From positions 9,874-73,873 of the forward strand of contig JBBAAQ010000001.1 of NCBI GenBank assembly GCA_041658255.1: a stretch of 64,000 nt of DNA, in the 5' to 3' direction. The notes under the pieces are model-generated. The model worked only from the letters and a program-made list of their open reading frames with translations, was not told the origin of the DNA and made no database searches. Origin of the DNA: Candidatus Woesearchaeota archaeon. GTDB taxonomy: Archaea > Nanobdellota > Nanobdellia > Woesearchaeales > UBA9642. A program made the translations under genes and the position numbers. Positions 56,343 through 64,000 of this stretch are shown here, piece after piece (position 1 is the stretch's first letter; each line of letters begins with the position of its first letter).

Positions 56343-58187
56343 ATGACTGATTATACTGCGCTCGGACTCAAAGTGGGGCTTGAAATCCATCAGCAGTTAG
56401 ATACAAATAAATTATTCTGTAATTGTCCCTGCGAAATCCGTGATGATACGCCCGATAAAACTATTAAACGCATTCTACGTGCCGCTGCAGGAGAAACAGG
56501 GACTGTCGATATTGCGGCGAGTGCGGAGATGGAGAAACAAAAGCATACCATTTATGAGTATTATGATGATACGACGTGCCTTGTTGAGCTTGATGAATCG
56601 CCTCCCTTAGATATAAACAAGGATGCACTTCAAGTCACATTACAACTTGCTGCAATGATGCATTGTGAAGTTGTCGACGAAATCCATGTCATGCGCAAGA
56701 TTGTTGTTGATGGATCAAACACTTCAGGATTCCAACGCACCGCATTAATTGCGCGTAATGGATATATTGAATTTGAGTCAGAAGGAGAACTTGTAAAAGT
56801 GGGTATTGAAACAGTCTGCCTTGAGGAAGATGCTGCACGTATCATTGCAAAGACTGCAAAATATGATACATATCGACTTGACCGCTTAGGAATACCCCTT
56901 ATTGAAATAGCAACAGCGCCGGATATTAAAACACCGCAGCAGACCAAGGATTGTGCGGCGCATATCGGGATGCTCCTTCGAAGTACGGGTAGAGTAAAAC
57001 GTGGACTTGGAACAATCAGGCAGGATGTGAATGTTTCTATCAGTGGTGGTGTTCGCGTTGAAATCAAAGGAGTACAGGATTTACGATTACTCGATACTGT
57101 TGTAATCCTTGAAATTGAGCGGCAACAGAAAATGTTCAAACTTTGCGAAGAATTGAAATCACGTGGTATCACTAAAGAAAACTTAAATACTTCGCTACAA
57201 GATTATACAATAGTATTCAAGAATACTACTTCTAAACTCATCAAGAAAGGACTTGACGCAGGACAATTGATCTATGGCAAACCTTACAATAATTTTAAGG
57301 GATTCTTCGGTTTTGAACTCGGGCCAAACAGGAGGTTTGGCAGCGAACTTTCAGATCGTATCAAATTATTTGGATTGGATGGTTTAATACATAGTGATGA
57401 GGATTTAGGAAAATATCAGATTGTAAATGAAGTGAAAGAAATTTATAGCCAACTCAATCTTGAACAATCTGATGGAATGATTTTTATTATTGGAACACCA
57501 GAAAAATGTGTACTCGCCTTTAAAAAAATCGATGAAACAATAAATTCATTTCTTGAGCATGGGCTCTCTAAAGAAGTGCGTAATGCAACAGAAGTCGGAA
57601 CATCAAACTATCTGCGGCCCATGCCTGGATCGAGCAGGATGTATCCGGAAACAGATGTTAAGACCATCATCCCCGATATCTCAAATATTCAAAAACCTGA
57701 ATTGATTAAAGACAAGATCGAGCGGTTCGAAAAAGAATATGGACTTCCGAAACAAGTTGCGAAAGAATTAGTGTTTGAAATGAATTTTGAAAAATATGTA
57801 ACTCAGTTTCCGCAAATAAGACCAATTACTATTGCAGAAACACTTGTTTCAACACCTAAAGACTTACAGAAGCGATTCGGTGTATCTGTTGAATTATCTG
57901 AAGATATTGTTGTGCCAATATTTTATAGTCTTAACAGCGCGAACATCGCATCAAGTTCTATACCGGAGATATTAAAAGATTATGCTACGGAAAAGGATAT
58001 TGTGCGGTCAATCAATAAATTTACATTAGCTGATGAGTCTGAACTCACTTCGTATATTACTCAGATGATTAAAGAGCATCCTTCAATGAATACGAACGCC
58101 ATCATGGGCCTTGTCATGAAGCAATACCGCGGAAAATTCTCCGGGCAGAAGATATTAGAGTTGATTAAGAAGTTTAAGGGGGAGTAG
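56343..58187 (+). CDS. gatE: Glutamyl-tRNA(Gln) amidotransferase subunit E
   Basis: N-terminal GLKVGLEIHQQLDTNKLFCNCP, the GatB/E core, and a C-terminal YqeY-like tail. Confidence 0.95.
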   Translation: MTDYTALGLKVGLEIHQQLDTNKLFCNCPCEIRDDTPDKTIKRILRAAAGETGTVDIAASAEMEKQKHTIYEYYDDTTCLVELDESPPLDINKDALQVTLQLAAMMHCEVVDEIHVMRKIVVDGSNTSGFQRTALIARNGYIEFESEGELVKVGIETVCLEEDAARIIAKTAKYDTYRLDRLGIPLIEIATAPDIKTPQQTKDCAAHIGMLLRSTGRVKRGLGTIRQDVNVSISGGVRVEIKGVQDLRLLDTVVILEIERQQKMFKLCEELKSRGITKENLNTSLQDYTIVFKNTTSKLIKKGLDAGQLIYGKPYNNFKGFFGFELGPNRRFGSELSDRIKLFGLDGLIHSDEDLGKYQIVNEVKEIYSQLNLEQSDGMIFIIGTPEKCVLAFKKIDETINSFLEHGLSKEVRNATEVGTSNYLRPMPGSSRMYPETDVKTIIPDISNIQKPELIKDKIERFEKEYGLPKQVAKELVFEMNFEKYVTQFPQIRPITIAETLVSTPKDLQKRFGVSVELSEDIVVPIFYSLNSANIASSSIPEILKDYATEKDIVRSINKFTLADESELTSYITQMIKEHPSMNTNAIMGLVMKQYRGKFSGQKILELIKKFKGE

Positions 58188-59397
58188 ATTTTTTCTTTTG
58201 ATACTGGTCGATCGCATTTCCAATAGCGTAACCTACTCCGCTGAAAATCCATCTGACACCCGGTATGAAACAGACTGGTGCAAAAGCGAGAAGTGCATAT
58301 TTGTTTGCTTTCGACCAGTCTTTGGTTTGACGGTCCCATTTATCCATGATCGATTCACGAGTAGTTATATAATTTCTTTCATAAAGTCTTTCAAGTGCAT
58401 CATAGATTGTTACAGTCGTAAAAATTCTATTCTGATCAGTACAATCTTCTCTCCATCGAGATGGATCGATTTCAGGATTGATGTTTGAAGGGTGTGGAAC
58501 CCTGAGCGAGGGCTGACTTTGCCAGCTGCCATCTGTTTCTTGTGTTTTGATAATGTTCTTAATCTGTTTTCTTAATTGGTATTTACTCTGATCACAAAGA
58601 TGCATATTCTTGAGTGCTAATGCGCGATAGAGTGGATTATTGTTTTTTTTGGCGGCTTTTACAAATGTGCGCGTCGTTTTTTTTGTTCTTAAATAGGGAA
58701 ATTCCTCATATACCTGTGCAGTGGCGTAGATGTTGCTATTCCACCAATAACTCCGCCACTCATCTTTTGGTTTTTGATTTGATATATACTCTTCAATTGA
58801 TTCTTTATCTTTTTTTAATTTTTCAGAAGATTCAATCCACCACAGATGATGGAAGGCTTTCGCGACAACTACACTAATATCTACTGTTGATTTACACCAC
58901 CCATCAACAGGTATATCTTTGAATCTTGTAAATCCAGGGTGTTCGCGAATATCTTTTTCATTATAACAGGCATATCCATTATCTGCTTTGCGATGTTCTT
59001 GAATAAACGTTATTGCTTTTGCTATGTTTTTACGATAGAAGTGATGCGCATCTGTTCTGTCGTGCATTAGCGATAAGAACATCGTATTCCATGCTGTTGA
59101 ATCAGTATCCGCCGGCGTATGTCCATTAAATCCCCAACCACCATTTTCTTGTTGACGTGATGCCATAACTTCTGCGGTTTTCTCAAGTTTTTGTTTTATA
59201 GAATTCTTTTTACTAAGTTTTGTGTATGTATCTTCTGCTAGTATAAGCAATGTTCCGACATATCCTGTTACCCAATCAACACCTTCTCCATTTGTGTGAG
59301 ACTGAAAATCATGCCAAAGATAATCCCGACCTTGTCGTGATAAAATATATTCTAACGCTTTTTTCTTTGCGACATCAACTTTCATAGAGAGGTTCAT
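58174..59397 (-). CDS. Prenyltransferase / squalene-cyclase-repeat (alpha-alpha toroid) protein with a C-terminal membrane segment
   Basis: Repeated Q-x-x-(D/N)G-(G/S/Y)-W motifs: RQQENGGWGF, RKADNGYA, QETDGSWQ. Hydrophobic C-terminus YALLAFAPVCFIPGVRWIFSGVGYAIG. Its 3' end overlaps the gatE 3' end by 14 nt (convergent). Confidence 0.7.
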   Translation of the reverse strand: MNLSMKVDVAKKKALEYILSRQGRDYLWHDFQSHTNGEGVDWVTGYVGTLLILAEDTYTKLSKKNSIKQKLEKTAEVMASRQQENGGWGFNGHTPADTDSTAWNTMFLSLMHDRTDAHHFYRKNIAKAITFIQEHRKADNGYACYNEKDIREHPGFTRFKDIPVDGWCKSTVDISVVVAKAFHHLWWIESSEKLKKDKESIEEYISNQKPKDEWRSYWWNSNIYATAQVYEEFPYLRTKKTTRTFVKAAKKNNNPLYRALALKNMHLCDQSKYQLRKQIKNIIKTQETDGSWQSQPSLRVPHPSNINPEIDPSRWREDCTDQNRIFTTVTIYDALERLYERNYITTRESIMDKWDRQTKDWSKANKYALLAFAPVCFIPGVRWIFSGVGYAIGNAIDQYQKKKSTPP

Positions 59398-59485
59398 ATT
59401 ACCACTAATAAGTGAATCACTATTTATATTTTTGTTGTTAGTTATAATAACAACATTTATAATTTAAGGAATCTCTTCAATAGTT

Positions 59486-60202
59486 ATGGATCTTATCGAG
59501 AAACTAAAACTTGCAGGACTCTCTGGAAATGAAGCAAGAGTTTATCTTGAACTCGTGAAACATGGTTCAATTCCGGCACGCGATATTGCAAAATCCTTGA
59601 GTATGGATCGGACACTTGCGTACCAAATACTTCATAATCTGATCGATAAAGGATTCGCACATTATCAGAAGCGTGGTGCAAAAACATATTATTCTGCATC
59701 GAAACCCGGATTTGTCTTAACAAAATTCCGCGAGCAAGCAACAGAGATAGAATCTGCAATACCCGAACTTACGGCACTATCAAAAACTGCGCCATCTGCT
59801 GCGCCATCATCAGAAATTTACGAGGGAAAACAGGGACTGCGCGTACTCATCTCAGAATTGTTTTCTGCAAAGGATATCTGCATTTTTGGAGCGACTGGAA
59901 ACAGTTATGATGTCTTGAAATGGGAACTCGGGCATGTTGTCAAATCATTTGAACTCGCAAAGATTACCGGCCGCATGATCATGGATGAGAAACTCCGGGG
60001 ACATAAAATGATGTATATCAAAGGATTAAAAGTGAGATGTTTTAAAAACACTCCTGCAAGTGCAACAACTGCAATATATAATGATACGGTTGCGATACAC
60101 TCCATTACTGATAAACCAACAGTCATCATTATCCGCAACAAAGAAGTCGCACAGACCTATAAAAATTATTTTGAACAATTATGGAGGCAAGCAAAAGCAT
60201 AA
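59486..60202 (+). CDS. TrmB-family transcriptional regulator
   Basis: LKLAGLSGNEARVYLELVKHGSIPARDIAKSLSMDRTLAYQILHNLIDKGFA. Confidence 0.8.
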   Translation: MDLIEKLKLAGLSGNEARVYLELVKHGSIPARDIAKSLSMDRTLAYQILHNLIDKGFAHYQKRGAKTYYSASKPGFVLTKFREQATEIESAIPELTALSKTAPSAAPSSEIYEGKQGLRVLISELFSAKDICIFGATGNSYDVLKWELGHVVKSFELAKITGRMIMDEKLRGHKMMYIKGLKVRCFKNTPASATTAIYNDTVAIHSITDKPTVIIIRNKEVAQTYKNYFEQLWRQAKA

Positions 60203-60229
60203 TATGTGCTGAGTGTTTGAAAAATAACA

Positions 60230-61084
60230 ATGATCCTCTCTGCAATTCTCCTCGCATTTGGTGCCATGCTCTCGTGGGGCATTGGTGATTTTCTCATCCA
60301 ACGATCGACAAGAAAGATCGGCAATGTGGAAGCACTTGCATGGATAGGAATTATCGGAACAATCGGTCTACTCCCATTTGCAATCCATGATTTCTCGATG
60401 ATCACTAAAGATACATTGATACTTCTCGGGTCGCTTGGTGTATTAGTCTTTATCGCGGCAATTTTCAACTTTGAAGCATTAAAGGAAGGAAAATTATCAG
60501 TCATTGATGTACTGCTCGAAATAGAGCTCCCCATCACTATAGCTATGAGTATGGTTTTTCTCAAGGAAATCCTCTCATTCACTCAGATCATGCTGATACT
60601 CCTTATCATGATAGGTATCATCCTTATTGCAACATCATCATTTGCGCATCTGCGCTTCAGACTCGAGCGCGGGGTTATCTTTGCAATCATCGCATCACTC
60701 TTTATGGGACTTGTCAATTATTTTACTGCAACATCAGCAAAAAATGTCTCGCCAATCATGGCTGTCTGGGCGCCTTGGTTCATCTTCTCACTATTTTGTC
60801 TAGTTATCATCATCCGCCGCAAAGGGTTCACGCAATTTTTTTCTCACATTAAAACATTCACCTGGCTCATTATCTTTATGGGAATATTCGATACCCTCGC
60901 ATGGGTTTTTTATGCATTTGCAGTCGAACAGAATTATGTCTCACTCACAACAGCCATCACTGAGGCATATCCTGCAATCGCATTAATACTCGGCGTATGG
61001 TTCAATAAAGAGAAAATCAGATGGCACCAGTATTTAGGTGCGGGATTGGCGCTTGTTGGAAGTGTGGTGCTGGCGATATTATGA
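60230..61084 (+). CDS. EamA/DMT-superfamily transporter
   Basis: 10 helices arranged as two EamA-like halves. Confidence 0.85.
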   Translation: MILSAILLAFGAMLSWGIGDFLIQRSTRKIGNVEALAWIGIIGTIGLLPFAIHDFSMITKDTLILLGSLGVLVFIAAIFNFEALKEGKLSVIDVLLEIELPITIAMSMVFLKEILSFTQIMLILLIMIGIILIATSSFAHLRFRLERGVIFAIIASLFMGLVNYFTATSAKNVSPIMAVWAPWFIFSLFCLVIIIRRKGFTQFFSHIKTFTWLIIFMGIFDTLAWVFYAFAVEQNYVSLTTAITEAYPAIALILGVWFNKEKIRWHQYLGAGLALVGSVVLAIL

Positions 61085-61192
61085 TAGTTCTTTAGTCCAG
61101 TTGTGGAGTATATCCGGACAATGCGAACACTTGAATTGTAATCCTTTGTAGAGTTGCATTGGTTTAATGTTCTCACGTATGATTATTATTTT

Positions 61193-61384
61193 CTATCCCC
61201 GCCACTCTCCCTTCATCTTTAAGAATTCTTCTCTCGTCATGGTTGAGGATTTTATGCAGGAGTCAATAATCATATTCTGCTGTTTACTCCATACGGTGTC
61301 GGGATGCGTCAGTACATATCGTGACCATTCATCGATAAATTTGTATCGTTCACGCTGGTTCTTATTCACGAAGTATCGCCTCAT
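61193..61384 (-). CDS. Small hypothetical protein downstream of the NTase-like gene
   Basis: 63 aa. Overlaps the upstream gene by 23 nt. Confidence 0.35.
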   Translation of the reverse strand: MRRYFVNKNQRERYKFIDEWSRYVLTHPDTVWSKQQNMIIDSCIKSSTMTREEFLKMKGEWRG

Positions 61385-61964
61385 ATGCTTTGAGTTTTTG
61401 CTTATTGAGTTTTAATCCTAAGATATTTCTGAGATGGCGCGCATCTTCCATATCCTTAGGTGATTTTAATCGTTGTTCTTTATATGCAATTTGCATTTCA
61501 AGATCGGATATCTTCAATTCTGTTGTATTGATACGTACACGTATTGCGTCGTGAAGCGCCAGAAGATCGGTCTTATTTTTTGCAAATTTGAATTCCATAT
61601 TCGGAATGACTGTTCCTTTCTTTGCGAATCGGATAGCGACTTTTTCCTGAGTAAGGTATGAATACATCTCTGAAATGGTTGGAGTGTTCAAACAATAGAA
61701 TCCTTTCTTCTCGAGAGTTTTTTCGAATTTCGTAAATGTTGTCAAATCCATTTTTGGAACAATCAAATCAATATCTTCACTTATCCGAGATCTGCCGAGG
61801 AGAATTGATACATACCCGCTGATAAGGACATAGGATGAATATTTTTTGAGTAAGTCAATAAATTTTATTGTAAATGTATCGAGTGCAGATAACTTGCGAT
61901 TGACAATAAGCACGCCGTCTTTAAATTCCATAACCCATGTGAGGTTGCTCTTTTTTATAAACAT
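61362..61964 (-). CDS. Nucleotidyltransferase-fold protein (MNT/DUF6036-like, tentative)
   Basis: ISGYVSILLGRSRISEDIDLIV fits the G-x-(n)-R-x-(S/T)-x-D-x-D NTase motif. Confidence 0.45.
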   Translation of the reverse strand: MFIKKSNLTWVMEFKDGVLIVNRKLSALDTFTIKFIDLLKKYSSYVLISGYVSILLGRSRISEDIDLIVPKMDLTTFTKFEKTLEKKGFYCLNTPTISEMYSYLTQEKVAIRFAKKGTVIPNMEFKFAKNKTDLLALHDAIRVRINTTELKISDLEMQIAYKEQRLKSPKDMEDARHLRNILGLKLNKQKLKAYEAILRE

Positions 61965-62004
61965 TATGGTAATCTTTATTAATCCTATCCCTCACCAATA
62001 ATTG

Positions 62005-62787
62005 ATGTCCCTTACTCGAAGTCTGGAAAAGGCAAAGGATGCTTATACGAAACATGATGCACGGGCGTCAAAAGTAGCGCATACACAAAAATCTCCTGAA
62101 ATGCATCAACATTCCGGATACTATCTGAAAAGTGCAGTCTATGGTGGACTTGATGGGACAATAACCACATTTGCAGTGGTTGCAGGTGTCGCAGGTGCAG
62201 CCCTCTCGGCAAATATCGTACTTATCTTAGGATTTGCAAATCTTATTGGTGACGGGATATCCATGGCAATTGGGGATTATTTGAGTACGAGGGCAGAACA
62301 GGAATATCATCGGGCAGAGCGCAAACGTGAAACATGGGAATTCGAGAATTATCCTCTTGGAGAAAAAAAGGAGATGATTGAAATCTATATGCAGAAAGGA
62401 TATGCTAAAAAAGATGCAGAGAAAATTGTTGAGATCATGTCAAAAGATAAAGAGGCATTTATTGATGTGATGATGGTCGAAGAATTAGGGATCATGCAAT
62501 CTGCTGAGTCGCCGCTTAAAAATGCACTCGTTACCTTCGGGTCATTTGTACTCTTCGGATTCATCCCCGTACTTGCGTTTGTTCTGGCATTATGGGCAGG
62601 GATAGTCATGAATATATTTTTAGTTGCTGCAATCCTTACAGCCGCAACATTATTCACACTTGGCGCAATAAAGACCAAAGTTACTGGAAAGAATTTCTTC
62701 TATTCAGGACTTGAAATGTTGATTGTCGGCGGAATCGCTGCGGGTGCAGCTTATGGAATCGGCGCGTTGATTGCAGGACTCGTATAA
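62005..62787 (+). CDS. VIT1/CCC1-family iron/manganese transporter
   Basis: YGGLDGTITTFAVVAGVAGA, a central acidic metal-binding helix region (EQEYHRAERKRETWEFEN), and C-terminal helices. Confidence 0.9.
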   Translation: MSLTRSLEKAKDAYTKHDARASKVAHTQKSPEMHQHSGYYLKSAVYGGLDGTITTFAVVAGVAGAALSANIVLILGFANLIGDGISMAIGDYLSTRAEQEYHRAERKRETWEFENYPLGEKKEMIEIYMQKGYAKKDAEKIVEIMSKDKEAFIDVMMVEELGIMQSAESPLKNALVTFGSFVLFGFIPVLAFVLALWAGIVMNIFLVAAILTAATLFTLGAIKTKVTGKNFFYSGLEMLIVGGIAAGAAYGIGALIAGLV

Positions 62788-62813
62788 TGTTTCTGTTTGA
62801 TTAACTTTAAATA

Positions 62814-63494
62814 ATGTGTTCAATCTCTTTCACTATGTGGTATGCAAAACTTCTCATTCCTGCAAATGATGGAATGCTCGTCGCATCTCGGGCGAAAAAA
62901 CATAAGATTGCATTATTCGGCTATCCGTTGTCCTTTCAGGAAAAAAATAATAAGTTTTTGCTGTTGTGCACGGGTCACGTGGTTGGTGCATCCGCAAATA
63001 AAAAAGCATTTCTAAGTGACCTCAAAAAAGATAAGCGGACAATGAAGATTGATATGGTTAATGATCATTTCGGATTTTGGCTTTTAGATCAACATCCTAG
63101 CACAAAAATGTTTTATGATCCCTTAATCATCTATGTTAAACCATTCTATATTTCTCCACAAGGTGATCAGATCCTCGAACTTGCAAGCTGGGATAAAAGA
63201 AAATTGATGGCTATTGCGCGGGCAATACAAACACCATTGTATGGCGGAAAACTATTGTCGATGACTCAGAAAAAGATTAATCATATCGCAATAATGACGA
63301 CTTTTCCTGAACTGACTGATAAACAGAAGCGCGCATTTGATCTTGCAGTCGAACACGGGTATTATGGCTATCCGCGAAAGATTTCGATGCAAAAACTTGC
63401 AAAGATCATGAAAACATCCTACGCGACATATGAATTTCATCTGCGCAATGCAGAAAAGAAACTCATGCCCTATCTTCATTCTACGATAAATTAG
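62814..63494 (+). CDS. HTH_10 (bacterio-opsin-activator-type) DNA-binding protein
   Basis: C-terminal LTDKQKRAFDLAVEHGYYGYPRKISMQKLAKIMKTSYATYEFHLRNAEKKLM. Confidence 0.65.
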   Translation: MCSISFTMWYAKLLIPANDGMLVASRAKKHKIALFGYPLSFQEKNNKFLLLCTGHVVGASANKKAFLSDLKKDKRTMKIDMVNDHFGFWLLDQHPSTKMFYDPLIIYVKPFYISPQGDQILELASWDKRKLMAIARAIQTPLYGGKLLSMTQKKINHIAIMTTFPELTDKQKRAFDLAVEHGYYGYPRKISMQKLAKIMKTSYATYEFHLRNAEKKLMPYLHSTIN

Positions 63495-63549
63495 ATATAT
63501 CGTGATATAGCGATAAAAAGAATAAATATGACTTCTTTATTACTTTAGA

Positions 63550-63822
63550 ATGTTCCAACCTAATTGCCCCGGGGGTATTACTGCAAAAGCGTATTTTGAT
63601 TCATTACATAAAGCGGCTGTCGATCGGTGGATTGATGTTGCTTCTGAGTTACCAACTAATTATATTTCGCGTATTATCAAGGATTATGAGTGCAGTACTT
63701 CAAAATTTCAAAAATTACTGAACGCTCTTGATTTAGCTTACGCCCCGCCTTATGTTGTTGCATATCGTTATACGATTGCTAATCGTAATCATAAAAAACA
63801 TGACTTGCCTCGTTCTTATTGA
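63550..63822 (+). CDS. Hypothetical protein
   Basis: 90 aa with ATG start. No motif recognised. Confidence 0.4.
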   Translation: MFQPNCPGGITAKAYFDSLHKAAVDRWIDVASELPTNYISRIIKDYECSTSKFQKLLNALDLAYAPPYVVAYRYTIANRNHKKHDLPRSY

Positions 63823-63892
63823 ATTATTCGCCGTTAACTTTATATATTCCCGCTTCTATACATGATTATCGTTTATCTGGGGGTTGATTACC

Positions 63893-64000
63893 ATGGTTAA
63901 AAAAGTGGATTGGCTTGCATGTTTATTAGTATCTATTTTTGTAGGATGGTTTGGTATCGATAGATTTATGATGGGTAAAGTCGGGACTGGGATACTTAAA
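63893..64000 (+). CDS. TM2-domain membrane protein (5' fragment, runs off the window)
   Basis: GGGGGT SD. Hand translation MVKKVDWLACLLVSIFVGWFGIDRFMMGKVGTGILK matches the TM2 G-x-x-G-x-(D/H)RF-Y/M-x-G motif. Confidence 0.6.
   Translation, partial: MVKKVDWLACLLVSIFVGWFGIDRFMMGKVGTGILK

Overview
The window is visibly AT-rich and densely coding, with no rRNA, tRNA or CRISPR array found. It is almost certainly a small-genome archaeal contig, possibly DPANN-like. That placement is inferred from gene content: GatD and GatE, CDC48, deoxyhypusine synthase, RNase P protein Rpp21, Bud32 kinase, TrmB and Lrp regulators. TATA boxes about 25-30 nt upstream of first-gene ATGs suggest leaderless starts, while internal operon genes carry strong GGAGG-type ribosome-binding sites. 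Several genes look bacterial in type (Lgt, type I GAPDH, MacB-type ABC transporter, DsbA). The ORF track uses TTG/GTG starts, so I moved several starts to in-frame ATGs preceded by an SD. Positions 58-26000 form a copper and extracytoplasmic thiol-redox island. It holds a cupredoxin-like protein, a MacB ABC system, an ArsR-headed copA unit, a long operon (DUF2933, thioredoxin-like, CcdA, redoxin, YHS, rhodanese, DUF411), and a DsbA cluster. Positions 26000-64000 are mostly housekeeping and regulatory genes mixed with unknown secreted or membrane proteins. The main leads: (1) the copA unit also carries three homologues of cysteine-directed enzymes (HFCD flavoprotein, Lgt, ICMT-like), and the HFCD gene directly abuts a small protein ending in GGCC. 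(2) Two otherwise unrelated exported proteins end in LP[GS]MVGGC-COOH, encoded by different codons, and Gly/Cys C-terminal tails are generally frequent in the island. (3) A GC-rich 155-nt structured element occurs twice (148/155 identical), and all substitutions lie outside its perfect helices. (4) A 35-nt module encoding MM[TA]RMHPTQQS is shared by two unrelated surface proteins. (5) Hairpin-rich intergenic spacers and small Cys-rich ORFs are missing from the track. All functional calls rest on motif recognition by eye. No database search was run.
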